A DNA stretch of 63,582 nucleotides, filler included, from Reticulomyxa filosa (GCA_000512085.1; 25 parts of 25 records of this genome joined end to end with filler, not necessarily neighbours in it), one strand, 5' to 3'; shown: positions 12,150 to 26,616, counted from the first letter of the whole stretch. Numbers and translations are program-made. Notes: generated from the letters alone by a model not told the origin.

Positions 12150-13633
12150 TTGATTTTTTTATTATCAATTCAAAACTTGAACTTTGAGTTTTGTTGAACT
12201 CACTTTTAAACGTTACTTATGGAAGGAATTTGTTAAAGTGATTTTCAAAGATAATCTTAAATTATTACAAATGTGTGAATTATTTGATAATGATCGATAG
12301 ATAATGTTTTAGAAGAAAGTTTGGGATTAATTTTCTGTTGATCTTAATAGTTGACAGAAATGCATACTCAAAGAAAATATGTCCAAGAAAAAAAATGATG
12401 GAAACTGCATTTTCTTTCTTTTGTGTTTGAAAAAATTTAAGATAACTGATATTTTACGTTAAAATCCAAGATCACAAGAAATAACAGATGAAAGGTAGTT
12501 TTTTTTCTTGATATCCATTATAGGGAATTACTTTTTTTTTTTATTATTGAGGAAGAAAAAAATGAGGATATCCTTTTACTCATGTACAATTTAAAGACAA
12601 TTGGATCATTTGTCCATATTTTTTTCAATGAAAAAAATTCTAAAAAATGTTTTATCATTGCAGTTTATAACAGGGACAATTCATTTAACATATCTCTTAC
12701 AACAAAGACATGATCAAATGTCGTATATATATTAGAACATACCACTATTAATAAACTATTTTTTGAGGCATTTCATAAAGTTCTGTTATTGACAAAGAAC
12801 AAAAGTAATGAGTAAATATTTTTTAGAGTTGTATTTTCAAAGCACATGAAAAGATAAAATAACCAAAAAAAAAAAAAAAGTGAAAAACTTGAGAGATTAA
12901 TTAAAAACTAAAATAGTCTCATTCAAACATAAAATATTTGCCATGTCTCACATAAAAGAGTTAAAATTACAACAAAAAGTTCTTACTCCAAAATAAAACA
13001 TGGTTTAGTTCTTATGAAAAGCAAATTGNNNNNNNNNNNNNNNNNNNNNNNNNNNNNNNNNNNNNNNNNNNNTTAATTAATTAANNNNNNNNNNNNNNNN
13101 NNNNNNNNNNNNNNNNNNNNNNNNNNNNTACTTCTTTTGCTTTTAGTTTTTCTTTTTTTCCAAATTTTTAATTGAACACTTTCTAAAAATTTTTTTAAAA
13201 AAAAAAACCAAAATCACAACAAGTAACAACTGAAAAACAATGATTGATTAGGGAAAAAAAATAAATAAATTCGCACGTGGGACTCCTTTTTTTGAGCGTT
13301 GGCCGACTCTAATAAGAAACTCTTTTTTTTTTCTCTCCAACAGTAGTGAATCTGATTCTTTTTTTTCCCCCCCCCCCTCTCCACTCTTTGTTGGATTTCC
13401 TTATTCGCTCAAACATTGAAACTAGTCTTAGTTGGCTTTCATTCTCGTTCTCATTCTCATTTTGTACGGAGTCTCAGAAAAAAACATTTAAACTCCTTTC
13501 TCTTGTTTTGTTTTTTAACCACTTTTACTTAAGTTGTATACAAACTTGTTTCACATGTTTGTCACGGGTTTCAACCAGTTTTTTTTTTAAGAGTAAGTTA
13601 CGGAATAAGTCAATCTGTGACATTGAAAAATAA

Positions 13634-14565
13634 ATGGGCTCATTCTGTACAACAACCAATAATCAAGTACAAGAAGGACCCTCATCAAATGTGCGTCGTG
13701 TTCAATCAGAAGTGAAAAATACAGATAAGCAGTTGAAACGACAGTCAAGTTCTTCCCGAGGAACTGCAGTGGAGTCGGGCAAGGAAGTGGAAAGTTGGGA
13801 TAACATTGGGACGAGTTCAACGGAGAAAGTGTTGGCGAGCGGACAAGCAGCGGAAGTGGTGGGAACAAAAGCAAGCACAGTGCCATTGATCAGGGATGCA
13901 CTTCCGCCACACACGCCAACGCCAACGTTGACACAAGTGGGTACAATGTTGGACCAAGACGCAAGCATTGATTCTTCTTTTATCGTATGTGTGTATACGT
14001 CCAAGTTTTTTTTTTGTTTTTTTTTTTATTGCATACATTATTGAGACAATAGCCTCTCTCTCTCTCTTTTTCCAAACAAACAAAAAAAAAAAAAAAAAAA
14101 GAGGTTTGAAGACGACATTGAAGTAAGTCAAAGAAGAGACAGTAATGAGAAAATTGACATAGCTACAAACAACGAAGAAGAAGAAGAAGAAGAAGAGAAA
14201 TTAAATGAAACACAGGTTGAAAATGAAAATAAAAATAGATCAGAAGACCTGGTAGTAGATGCAAATGAGATCGATCAAAAACAAAAGACGATCGATACGT
14301 CTGAACTGCCGCAGATACAAAAGGCCTTGGAAGACAATACAGTGATCCGTGCAGAAGCAACAGACAATGGCCTTGCCGTCGCTGTCGCCGCCCTTCCGCA
14401 GACACTAGAAGTCACGCCCATCGAACATGTGTCGCCGCTCTTGCAAGTCGATGCCGAATACGTCGCCACCATCCAGCAAAAGTATCAAGCCAAGTTGACT
14501 GCCACTTTTGCACATCAGCCAGAATTGGTCTTGCGATTTGTTTTGGGATATGCTCATGAAAAAGT

Positions 14566-14599
<34 letters not shown>

Positions 14600-14948
14600 A
14601 GTTTTTTATAAATGAATTACATAATGAAGGTATGTACATAATGAAGGTATGTACATGAATGAAAAAAAATGACAGCCGAAAAAAAGAATGTCAGTAACGT
14701 GCGAGGCTTTGGAAAAGTATATGGACACGTATGAGAAACTCAAATTGGCCGACATTGTCGCCAGTGAGATGAGCGAGGATGAAAAAAAAGTGCACGAGTG
14801 CTGGACGGCGTACATCTATGGGATAGACAGAATGGGACACCCAATCATGTACGACCAGTTGGGATCGTTAGACTTGACCTCTTTGCAAACTATTTATACA
14901 AACAATCCTGCCGCCATTAAGTTGGCCAAATATAGAATTATGACCAAG
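13634..14948 (+). CDS. Sec14/CRAL-TRIO lipid-binding protein with MGxxC acylation signal, multi-exon, 3' partial
   Basis: MGSFC N-terminus, PELVLRFVLGY (CRAL-TRIO N) and YIYGIDRMGHPIMYDQLGSLD. Confidence 0.8.
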
Positions 14949-15094
14949 TTTGTCACTACTTTATTTTTTTTTTTTNNNNNNNNNNNNNNNNNNNNNNNNN
15001 NNNNNNNNNNNNNNNNNNNTTAATTAATTAANNNNNNNNNNNNNNNNNNNNNNNNNNNNNNNNNNNNNNNNNNNNTAATAATAATAATAATAAA

Positions 15095-16340
15095 GAAAAA
15101 GTGAAGACGGATGAATCTGGACTGACGGGAGAATCGCGAAGTGTCTACAAAGATATTTGCCATCCGCTACTGATGAAAGGTACCCAAGTGATCGAAGGGG
15201 ATGGACTTATGCTTTCTGTCTCCGTTGGTGATTATACTGAATGGGGACAACTTATGGCTAAGTTGAATCTTTTTGCTTTATATTATATATACATATATAA
15301 ATGTATATGTATACATATATATACACATATATATATATATATTGATATATTTGGTTGTGGTTTTAAAGATTGCAAGAGGACAGAGACGACACACCATTGC
15401 AAGAAAAATTGGAACGATTGGCGTCTTTGATCGGATGGATAGGATTTGGAGCAGCCGCGTTGCTGTTTATCGTGTTAGTGGTTCGATGGGCAATTGACGG
15501 ACACCAACAAATTGCCCAACATTTGGTGTTGTTTGTCATCATGGCCATCACTATCATTGTCGTCGCTGTGCCCGAAGGACTTCCTCTGGCTGTCACCATT
15601 TCCCTTGCTTATTCCATGAAAAAAGTTTTGTAAAAAAAAATAAAGTGATGACAAAGTAGTGACCAATTTGATCTAAATGTCCAAATGTCCAAATGTCCAA
15701 ATGTGATGGACAAACGACAATACTACAAAATATAAACAAAGATGGTGTACGACAAAAACTTTGTGCGACACATTGACGCTTGTGAGACGATGGGCAACGC
15801 AACGACAATTTGCTCGGACAAGACAGGAACATTGACGCAAAACTCAATGAAAGTAACGCGAGTGTTTATCGGTGGCACCAAATACTTCTCCGAAACGCCT
15901 TCCAAAGAATCTTTGGGGGCTCCCTTGTTTGACTTAGTCACAAGGGCTATCATATGCAATTCCAAAGTTTTGTTTTTTTTTTTTAATAATAATTTTAAAT
16001 GTATACATATATATATTTATATATATGTATACATTTATATATATGTATATGTATGTATATCATGTTAGGCATTTTACGACGAAAAAGAAGAAGAAGAAAA
16101 AGAAAATACAAAATTAGTCGGAGGCAATCAAACCGAGTGTGCATTACTTCAATGGGCATTGGACTTGGGTGCGAAGAATTACAAAGAGATTCGAACAGAG
16201 TTCCCAGTTACCAAATTCTTTCCTTTCGACTCGGCCATCAAGTCCAGCAGTGTCTTGGTCAAAGGAAAAGAGCCCGACCAATACTTTGTTTTCACCAAAG
16301 GAGCAGCGGAACAAGTCATCGATTGCTGTTCTCACTATGT
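15095..16340 (+). CDS. P-type Ca2+-ATPase (P2B/PMCA-like), internal fragment
   Basis: [60 protein letters not shown] and KGAAE. Confidence 0.95.
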
Positions 16341-16548
16341 TAAGTCCCTCTTTTTTTTTTTTTTTTTTTTTTTNNNNNNNNNNNNNNNNNNNNNNNNNNN
16401 NNNNNNNNNNNNNNNNNTTAATTAATTAANNNNNNNNNNNNNNNNNNNNNNNNNNNNNNNNNNNNNNNNNNNNAAAAAAGTTTGACATTCTTAAAAACCA
16501 TTTTGAAATAAAAAAAATCAAATACTGCTTCTATAATCAAGTTGTACA

Positions 16549-17691
16549 ATGGATACTGCTATGAATGAAAAGAGAAATATATCACAATTGGTAAGCATTA
16601 GTTTATGATACGCTTTGTCGTTGTGACCAGTTTTGTGCTTCTTCAACAAAACAGTCAGAAAAACAAGTAAAATTAGTAATTCAACATTGGCTTCAAATTT
16701 TCAACATTAAATTAGGATGGATAACCGATTTTGACAACATGATTGTCAAATATGTTAAGTTATTTGTTTTTTGACTTGATTAAAATTTACTGCTATTAAC
16801 AATCGACATAGGTCAAGTATTTTCAACTGATGAAAATTCTAAAAGGACACGATGATACAGTAAAGAGTGTAAAATTTTCATCAGATTGTCACGAGATTGT
16901 TTCATCATCACTTGATTACACAGTACGAATATGGGATATTGAATCTGCAAAAGAAATTCAATGTTTCTATAAACATTCTGCTTGGGTTAATTTTGCAGAT
17001 TTTTCACCAAACGGACAGACTGTTGTGTCCTGCTCACAAGACGGAGAAATTCGATTATGGGATGTGAAATCGGGCAAACAATTAATGAAGTTTGAAGGAG
17101 ATTTAAATGCAATATGGCATGTCAACTTTTCTCCAGATGGTAAATATATTGCATCAGGTTCATATGACAAAACAATAAGACTGTGGGATGTAAAAACTGG
17201 AAAACAGATCAAACAATTTGTCGGTTCTGGTGGTATATGTAATGTAGATTTTTCATCTGATGGTCAAATGATTTTATCTGCATCTTATGATAAAATAATT
17301 AGCTTATGGGATATAAAGACAGGTAAAGAATTGAGACAATTCATAGGACATTCTAATATAATACGATGTGCGAAATTTTCTCCAGACAATGAATTTATTG
17401 TATCATGTTCAAATGACAATACAATTCGTATATGGAATTCAAAGACAGCAAAACAATTAAAAGTATTGGAAGAACATTCAATGACTGTGACTGATGTCAA
17501 ATATTTTCCAGATGGCCAAAGTATTGTATCTTGTTCATGGGACAAAACTATCTGTTTGTGGGATGTAAATCAGGAAGTGTAAAACAAAAGTTGGAAGGTC
17601 ATTCTCGTTCGGTTGCAAGGATAGATTTTCACCGGATGGAAGTAAAATTGTATCATGTTCCGAAGACAAAACAATCGGGATATGGTGGTAA
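16549..17691 (+). CDS. WD40-repeat protein of an expanded lineage-specific family
   Basis: About seven GH...WD repeats and an N-terminal IQHWLQIFNIKLGWITDFD exon. The last repeat is broken by two apparent homopolymer frameshifts near 17567 and 17628. Confidence 0.9.
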
Positions 17692-18304
17692 CAATGCAAC
17701 ACAAGATCAAGTATATAATAAAATTAGAGCTGACATGTTGTTTAGCAGTTAGTAGCCAATCTTATTTGTGAGTTTTGTTTTTAGTTAGAAAAATTGTTCA
17801 GTAAAGCAATCATCATAAGTAAATTCTTTTCAATCTAATTTTATTCTAACAAATAGCAAAAGAAATAATCATTACGCGATACAAGAAATCATAAAAACGA
17901 TCACAAATGGATTGAATCGAAATATTTACCGAAATTTGCTTATTAAAGCATTGAATAGCATTTAATAATTGGAAATGCAAATGGCAAAAAATAATGCGAA
18001 TTGTGTATAATGATAAAGACCTTAAATTGATTTCATTATGATAAAACCTATTGGCATTCCTTTTTCAGTATTAGATTTTATTGTCTTTTTATTCTAAGTT
18101 TCGGGAACACTTTTTGCAAGGGTATGGCAAAATTTTGTTTTGATATGTGGATGCAACAGAAAAAGTGATTAAGATTTAAGTAAAAATGAATGTATTGACC
18201 TTGGTTGAGTTAACAAATACAGCAAGTTTTTTAAAACTTTTATTTTTTTGCCATCAAATAAAATGGCCAGTCAACAAGAACAAAACATGGAGCCAATTCA
18301 TGTG

Positions 18305-18550
18305 TCAATTACCTGAGTCGCGTTTGAACAACTCATAGAGATAGGCATAACTAGTAGCACAGTAATCCCAGGTGAGCGATTCTTTTGGGAAGAATTCCAA
18401 CTCGTTATCAAAGAAAAAAATATAGTTTAACCAGTCAATGAAGGGTTCCTTCTTGTTCAAATCTCTCATAGTTTGTCCCTGGCCTTTCGCGACTTCTCTC
18501 CAAGACTCTAAAATTTGCTTTACTATTCCCAAAGGTGTCTTTTTTATCAT
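18305..18550 (-). CDS. Hypothetical protein, 5' partial
   Basis: Open frame from the contig edge with globular-like composition. No motif recognised. Confidence 0.35.
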   Translation of the reverse strand: MIKKTPLGIVKQILESWREVAKGQGQTMRDLNKKEPFIDWLNYIFFFDNELEFFPKESLTWDYCATSYAYLYELFKRDSGN

Positions 18551-18650
18551 NNNNNNNNNNNNNNNNNNNNNNNNNNNNNNNNNNNNNNNNNNNNTTAATT
18601 AATTAANNNNNNNNNNNNNNNNNNNNNNNNNNNNNNNNNNNNNNNNNNNN

Positions 18651-19759
18651 AAGAAGGCGCAGATTCGCAATCTGGACTTTGCGATTCAGAAGCAGCTGAT
18701 AAAAAGCGAGTACTTGAATACGTTGGAACAGAAGCAAGGGGCGGAGGACTGGGTGAAGCGACTGAAACAGCAGACAAACCCATTAGTGGCACACGAAGTG
18801 CTGACGAATTTGATCCCCGCGCTGAAAGTGTCAAAGGCAGACTTTTTTGAAACGTTTGTGAACAGCGGCGGATTGGACGTGCTGATCACGATATCGCAAT
18901 TTGATAATAACAAAGACAAATTAAGACAAAGCTTGTTGGAAATCATCAAAGCATTGTTGGATGCGCCCAACGATGTCGGCTTTCACGTCGTGGCCAAACA
19001 TTCGCATTTGATCCAAGACATTGTGAATATCTTTGACAATCTAGACATTCGCACCAAGATGTGCTGCGTCCAAATCCTCTGCATCTTGTGCTGGTGGAAA
19101 CAAGACACGTATTCCCAAGTATGCGCCGCATTGGAGAAATTTGCCAGCACATTACATTACGACACATGGTGGCCCATCTTGCTCGACACTTGAGAAGATG
19201 CCCAAGACCGAGTGGGAGTTCAAGTTTTATATGGTCACTCATCAATGTATTGACCGAATCCGCCTTTGTCGATTTGGAAGATCGGGTATATGTGTTAGAC
19301 AACAATTAGATCATTATCAGATTGAAGATGTTTTGAAGTTCTTTTATATATGCATATATATTATACTTTTTACTTTTTTAAAATATGTGCAATGACAGAC
19401 ACTCGAAACAGACGCCGAAAACGCACAACTCGGTCCAGCGGGGAAGTCTTGTACGTAAACAAACTGCTATCACAATTTCATGTGTACGACTTGACCAACA
19501 GTCGGACGACTATCAAAAAATGATCGAGTCTCTGGATTTGTCCAATTCCGATGCGCTGTTTGATGTGACCAAAAAGGGTGCTGTCAGATACGTGTATGCA
19601 GACGACCTCACGCGCATTTTGCAAAACCTGGTGTTGATCCAATCACCAACTGTCGCTGTGACATTACCTCTGGGACAAATGCGCAAACATTATCAATTAA
19701 GTCTGCGCCTTGTGAGAGCGTCTCTTCGACAGCGACGACGCCTTAGCAGATGTATTTAA
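18651..19759 (+). pseudogene. Diaphanous-related formin GBD/FH3 region, frameshifted, no FH1/FH2 downstream
   Basis: FFETFVNSGGLDVLI, LLEIIKALL, RTKMCCVQILCILC, TLINVL...DLEDRVYVRQQL and ILQNLVLI. Three frameshifts lie at about 19188, 19236 and 19292. Confidence 0.75.
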
Positions 19760-22296
19760 AGACCAGCAAGATAAGATTATCTGAAGTGGAACACAAGGCA
19801 GCGTCTCAGGAAGAAAGCAAATATGATAACAGCAATAACAATGATAATAATAACAATATAATAATAATAACGATAGCAATATTGAATTCTACCAATTGAC
19901 AAAGAAAAAGCAAGCAGTCATGTATCGACAGACAGCTTGGTTAAAATCAAAATCGATATTATATCCTTTTGATTGGAAAGACCCCACAATTTCCAATGCT
20001 CAAAGATGCAGGACTCAATATGATGCCATCCAGACATCAGTTAAATAAATGATTGCGGGAAAAAATATATACACATATGTATATACATTCATATTGGATC
20101 ACTCAACAAAAAAATACAGCATCAAATAATCAATAGTAATTCAAAAGAAAAGAATTAACCTTGTAATATGTACATAAAAACTAAGATGAAAAAATCAAAG
20201 TTTCTACTTTGCATTTTTGTTACTGGCCACAACTAATACTAGTATATCAAACGTAATCAAAAAGAATTTTTGAACGCATTATTTTTATTTGAACAAATAA
20301 AAAATAAATCATATCACTTGCCACATATATTAATATGGAGATAACTGACATGAAAGAACAAATAGTGACAAACTTTTTCATATTGTTTGAAATACTGATA
20401 ATGATTATACGTTCTAATAACATCTTTTAAATTTTTTTTTTGTATTCAATGAATATGAATTAAAATTTGATGTAATTTTAAAAATTCAATAAAATTGATT
20501 CTTTAAGCAATGATTGTTAGTTTTTCTTCAATCTAAAAAACAGTTTTTAGGTACTTTATGCGAATTGCCGATTTGTTTGAATGTTGAAACTAAAATTTTT
20601 TTGTTATATAAAAACTGTACATACATAATTTTCTTCAGAAGAATAAAATAATTAAATTTGTTTAACGTACAATAATTGAATATATTGTTCCTTTGATATT
20701 TCGAAATAGCAGAAATTGTTTGCATATAAAATTATGCAAACAAAAGAGTTATTAAAATCAGAAAATTTGCAAGATATGAAAACGAAGGTAAGCAAAATGA
20801 TATAGTTCTTTAAAGATGCAATTTTAATTATTTTCTTGTAATGATTACAATCGTTTAAAAAAACATAAAGACTCCAATTTAAAAAAAAGCAAGTAAGGAA
20901 AATTCGTAAAAGAAAAATTTAAATCGGCTGAGCCTTCAGGAATATTCTAGTGCCGCCCAAACTAAATCTTTCTTTTTGGTTTTGTCTTACTTGCTTTTTT
21001 TTTCCAAAGTGTCATTTAGCTTTGCTGTATGATGTTTAGTATTGTATTACTGTAATGAATGATGACTCAAGAGCTAATTGTTTATTAAAAAAATGAATAT
21101 GGTTAAAAAATTCGACATGACCAAACCAGCATGCGATATGCAAATGAATTGCAAGCACATGATTGAAATTCAGGTGAAAAAATATTGATGTTGTACAGAG
21201 TTGGAAGGCAATTAGTTTTAAATGGGTCATAATGACCTTAAATAAGTATAATTGAAAATTAGCTTATAATGAAATTGTATTGAAAATTTTACAAATCCAC
21301 AAATATATTTGAGTAATCCCAGTGTTTTTCTTTCCAAAACGCCACTTGGTTGCGCTCTGGGACAGTGATATTATTTGGCAGCAGTATCTTTTTCTTAAAC
21401 TGATGATGTTGCTTGTCATGCAGAGCTATTTAGCTTATCTCCCTATCTGGAGCATAAAAATTAAAGGAGTAGTTAGTTTGTTCTCAAAGCAATTTTTAAA
21501 AATTTTGATTTTTTCATTGCTTATATGAAGGGAACTTTTAAAGTAACTGTATTGTAAAAAATGTACTTTTTTTTTTGTATTGGTGTAAATACTCACGCTT
21601 GAGGTAACATTTTGTTATTATGTACTCTTGCACTATTTCCTTTACATAATATTTACTTTGTTTTCCCTTTGGTTTGAAGATTTATTATTATATCATTATT
21701 TTCGTAAATATCATCCATCGATTTTCTTTTATGATGATTAGAAATACTCAACAATTTTCGTCATGGTAGTCATTAGTTTTGAAAAGAAAATGAAAGCAAA
21801 TTCATGAGTAATTATTCATTTTGTTTTTTCGTTAAAATCTCAGAAATAGGTATTTTCATTTGTGAACTCAAATAAATGATTTAAGTTAGTCTGCTTTGTT
21901 TTCGAAAAAAGGAGACAAGATAACAAGAAATATCTAAATGCTATATCAAGAATATTTACAATAACCAAATTTCTTCTTTATAGCATTAAATATCTTCTGC
22001 ACTTTCAAAATAGTGTGCTATGATTATGTTGTTGTGTAATACAATGACTATTGAAATTCTTTTATTTTTCTACTCGGATCGCTCCAAAAAATGTAGGATT
22101 CTTTTTTTCTGTCCTTCCCCTTTTTTAAAAAAATTAAACTACTTCATATTTCAACAACATTAACAACATGAGTAACCAAACTTTTCAAGTTTTGAANNNN
22201 NNNNNNNNNNNNNNNNNNNNNNNNNNNNNNNNNNNNNNNNTTAATTAATTAANNNNNNNNNNNNNNNNNNNNNNNNNNNNNNNNNNNNNNNNNNNN

Positions 22297-22809
22297 AAAA
22301 AAAAAAAGCATACCCAATGGCGATAATAACGTAACAATGAACTGCACATCTTCTGTAGTGGCATGCTTCCCAGCACAAATACCACCCGCCATACAATGCA
22401 CCAAAGCGGGGATATTTGGCATCAGTCGCAGCACTTTTTGCTTTTTTTGGAGGATTGATTCCACAACACTCAGTTGCACGCCCGCGGCAATCGACACAAT
22501 CAACTCGCTTCCCTTTAAATGGGGTGCAACTTGTTTCATCACTGGGACTATTAAATTTGGCTTCACACATAAAAATATAAGGTCTGAAGATTCTATTGCT
22601 TTGATGTTGTCTGTCATTGCAGTCACGCAATTTGGATGCTTCTTTGCCGCCGCTGGTTGAGTGTAGGGATCGCTTATCGATATGCGGCATCCTTTTGGTA
22701 AAACTCCTGACGTTACTAAGCCTTCTGCTAAAGCATTGCCCATGGCACCACCACCCAAAAATGTGACATGTCGCAGACTGCTTAATTTGGTTTGTCCTTG
22801 TCCAGACAT
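22297..22809 (-). CDS. proC: Pyrroline-5-carboxylate reductase, 3' partial
   Basis: VTFLGGGAMG, SDLIFLCVKP, LIVSIAAGV and VLRLMPNIPALV. Confidence 0.95.
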
Positions 22810-23223
22810 TAACGAGATCCTGGGAGATTTTTTTCAATCTCAGAAAGCACTGCAGGTCTGTAAATTAAATAAGTCTTGATTTTATAATAAAAGAGAAGAT
22901 ATCTGTGCTCAAAAATGGACTGTATATCCACAAGTCATGAAAACAAATAAACATCTTCGTCCAGCTGACATTAACAATTAAAAATTTTTGGAGCGCAAGA
23001 AATGCTAGTGTATTGCTCAATTACAGAAAAATAATCAACACTCAACATTTGAGAAAAAAAAAACAAAAAATGTTCAAGAAAAAAAAAATGGTGAAGTACT
23101 TTGAGGTACGACACAAAAGACAAAAGTACACCAACAAAACTTTTTTTCCATCACAAAAACGCAACTAACTTCTTAAAAACAAATAAGACCAAAAAATTTG
23201 AGAAAAAAAAAACAACCAAAAAC

Positions 23224-23427
23224 TCACAATTCTTTTTGCTGTCTGACCAATACAGTAAGCATTTGCTTAAGTGCGTCCAAGTCTGCGGCAACAGAGAACA
23301 GGTCTGCTTTACATTGCGAGAAATCCTTCACATTGTTTTCGACATACATTACCTCTTTAGCATTTCTAAGACACGTGTCAATTTTTTCTAATTTTCCTTT
23401 GACGTTTTCGAATTCGCCTTTGGACTA
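23224..23427 (-). CDS. Terminal exon of a coiled-coil protein
   Basis: Open frame SKGEFENVKGKLEKIDTCL...DLDALKQMLTVLVRQQKEL* after an AG acceptor. Confidence 0.45.
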
Positions 23428-23869
23428 GATATATTATATGTTTATATATTATGCACACACACACACATGTATATGCACCTTTTTTTTTTATTTTTAATTT
23501 CGACTTGTCACTGTTATGTAATAGATTGACAAAANNNNNNNNNNNNNNNNNNNNNNNNNNNNNNNNNNNNNNNNNNNNTTAATTAATTAANNNNNNNNNN
23601 NNNNNNNNNNNNNNNNNNNNNNNNNNNNNNNNNNAACAACATCAGCCTAAAAGTGTCAACTGCATCCACAGCGTCAACAGTATTAACATTACCATCAACA
23701 CCACCAGCAACAAGTGTGAAAAAAGGTAACGAACATAGTGTGTTGCCCTTTGAACTTAGAAGGAGGGAAAAAAAAAAGGGGGACCACTTCAAAAAAAAAA
23801 AAAAAAAATAGAACAAAAAGTGGACAGTGAACAAGGGGCAGAAAAAACAAAAAAGGACGCCCTAGAGGA

Positions 23870-24310
23870 GCGACAGTATCGCTAATGAGAAGTAACTCGA
23901 GTTTGGGTGACATCAGAGAGCAAGTGGGCTTTTCAAGCCAAAGTAAGCTTCGACCCAAGCGCAAACATACAAATACGGCGACCCAAGACTCGTTCGTCAC
24001 TCGCTTGACGACCGACTTAGTTCCAAACTTGCAAATCGCCGTTGGAAAAAGGTATTTGCTTAGAGACGATCGTTATGGCATTTGTCGCTTTTATGACGGT
24101 CGATCGATTGGAATTGAATTGGAAGCTGGTTGTGGAGGTTTGTTTCTTTTTCTTTTTTTAAAAACAAAAAGGACCTTTATATATATATATATATATAAAA
24201 GATTGTGATGGAACTCTTTCCAAAACTGGTAAGAGACATTTCACTTGCGATGCAAACAAAGGAATTTATGTGACCATCAATCAAATCGCCATGGATTGTG
24301 GAAAGTTTTG
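23870..24310 (+). CDS. CAP-Gly domain protein fragment
   Basis: IAVGKRYLLRDDRYGICRFY...IGIELEAGCG spliced to DCDGTLSKTGKRHFTCDANKGIYV. Confidence 0.75.
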
Positions 24311-25052
24311 TCTGTCTTTGTTTGTTTGTTTGTTTGTTTGTTTTCATTTTTGGATGGATTGCCTTTGTATATAGACCTTCGGATTAGATTCGCCAAATGA
24401 AACTCCATTTTTTTTTTGGAGTGCTAAACTACATTTTTTTTTTTTTTTTATAAAAAAATCCTTAAGTGCAACTTTAGGAACATCGTCGACTTTTAACTTT
24501 CGGTTTCTGTGTCTGGTTTTCGGGACTACAAGTGTTTGAAAAACGTTTTTTGTGAATTGGCACGTAAGTAATTTCAACACTTTTTTTTTCCTTTCTTCTT
24601 TTTTATTGTTCGAATCAAAAATTCAAGTTGATGTTCGAAATTCTTTTCCTCCTGCTGTGCAACTGAAAAATTGGAGTATGCATCTCCTTGTAAGTATTGC
24701 TTATGTCAACATCTAAAAAAAAAAAAAGGGGCATGACCCAAATAAACATTGGCGATTTTGGATACAATGGAAGAAGTCGATTTTTTTGTTCAGTTTGATT
24801 AGGTGAGATATTTATCATCTTTTTTATTTTTAATTTATGATTAAATGACACAAAAAAAAAATAAAAAAATAATCAAGGTAGTATTGTATATTAGAAAATC
24901 TGTCTTCTCAAACAAAGAGAGAAAGAGAGAAAAGGGACTTGTACAACAAGCGTGGTGTATTTAAAACATGAGTTATAATAACACCCAAGAGACCAATGAA
25001 CAAAAAAAAGATGACGATATAATTAACAACTGACAAAAAAAAAAAAAAAGGG

Positions 25053-26056
25053 CTAAAATAAGTTGGACGTTTGAATAGCATGAACGGAGCGACATGGAAG
25101 ATCGAGAGGATAAAGGAGAGTGTAAATTTGATAAAAGAAGGAAACAAGACTGATAAGAGTGATGACAAATGCCTGAAAGATGGCAAAGCGACGACGATAA
25201 GGAAATTTGTCTTTGGGGACCAAGCAAACAAAGAAGATGGCGGGCAAGACAAAGCCAATGGCAGGGAAAGTGGTAGCGCCAAGTAAGGCAAAGACAGTTT
25301 CGATATCGGTAAGAAGAAGAGACAACACCATAGTGAACAAGGTGAACAAAGTGGTAATTACGACATGTTTTTGCAAAGACAACTGTTTGACATCAAACAA
25401 CATTTCGGCGAGATTCATTCTCCACGCATACGTAGTAATCGGTTGAGCAAGCACCATGGAGACGCTAATGCACACAGCAGCAAGCATCACACTCCAATGT
25501 TCGTGATAGTTGTTCAGCAAGATATTGCCACACACGCCATCTAAAAACGTGAGATAGCCAAACGCGCCCACCATCACATACAATGCCAAGATCAGATACG
25601 AGGATCTGCGCAGCACCTTTCGCATGCGTCGATGCGACTGGTGTTGCAGCTCCACATAGATGGGCAGCATATACTGTTGCGCCGTGTAGCAGAACGTTAC
25701 CAGAGGATAGCTTATCAATAGTCCCTCGAGCCATTGCGTCCACGTTTTGTCGCTTTTGAACAGCGTGCGTCGTTGCCACCCTTCTTCCACGAGCCAATCT
25801 GTTTATGCCAAATGCACGTATCCACGACATCATCACCATTACTATTACTACTACTACTAAAAAAAAAAGTGCTAGTGCTGCTGCTGTTATTGCATAACAC
25901 CAAATACTCAATTCCTATCACTGTCGCCAAATACAATGAGCAACCAATTCCCAGCAAACTGGTGAATCTCAATGCACTCATTGAACGCAACAAGCTTAGC
26001 GGATAGATTATCCCCCCAGTTATCACAATTATTGCCCACACATAAATATCACCTTT

Positions 26057-26089
<33 letters not shown>

Positions 26090-26616
26090 ATAAAAAAAGG
26101 GGTTCATTTTGAAATAAGAAGAATGTTCACTTTTTTTCTTTTTCCCCCCTTTTTTTTTTTTTTTTGCGCTATAATGCGCTATTAACTCTCTTCTAACTTT
26201 GCGGGTTGACCAGAATCTTCCAAACCAAGTCCAACAGGCCGCCAAAGGCGATTTCGTAACTGATAAAACTCCCAAAGTTTTGCAGCAGCAACAGCACTTG
26301 AGTGAACGTGGCCAGATGCTTGCCCCACGACGGGTGGCACTCGTTACTGAAGGTCCAGTACGTGAGCTTTTGCTGCTGCTGGTGGCGCTTGGGAATGAAC
26401 TTGGACGCTGTCAGCAGCAAGTCGTTGGTGAAGTACGACAGCCAACAACTGGACACCAGCAGCAGTAGTCCGGGCACCAGTCCGATCTGTCGCATCCCAT
26501 AAGCCAACGACAGCATTCCACCGCCGACCGTGGACAGCACCATGTTGAAGATCGATCCTTTTATCGATCCCGGTTGCACTTTGTCTTGGATAAAAATTAC
26601 CGCACCTATTCAAGAG
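25053..26616 (-). CDS. Amino acid transporter (Aa_trans; SLC38/AVT-like), 5' partial
   Basis: GSIFNMVLSTVGGGMLSLAY, PLSLLRSMSALRFTS, FCYTAQ, GAFGYLTF, NILLNNY and many transmembrane helices. One frameshift near 25790-25870. Confidence 0.92.

Noticed and set aside
14619-15705. Intronic tandem repeats (ACATAATGAAGGTATGT x2; AAATGTCC x3-4)
   Set aside because: Ordinary slippage duplications with no spacer structure.
3740-17630. Frameshifts in SDR, mL50-like and WD40 genes as programmed ribosomal frameshifting
   Set aside because: All lie in A/T homopolymer runs with no shared slippery-site-plus-stop pattern. They are typical homopolymer sequencing errors.
21036-21230. LHIACWFGHVE ankyrin-like motif
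   Set aside because: A single short match in AT-rich DNA with no supporting repeats. At most a decayed relic.
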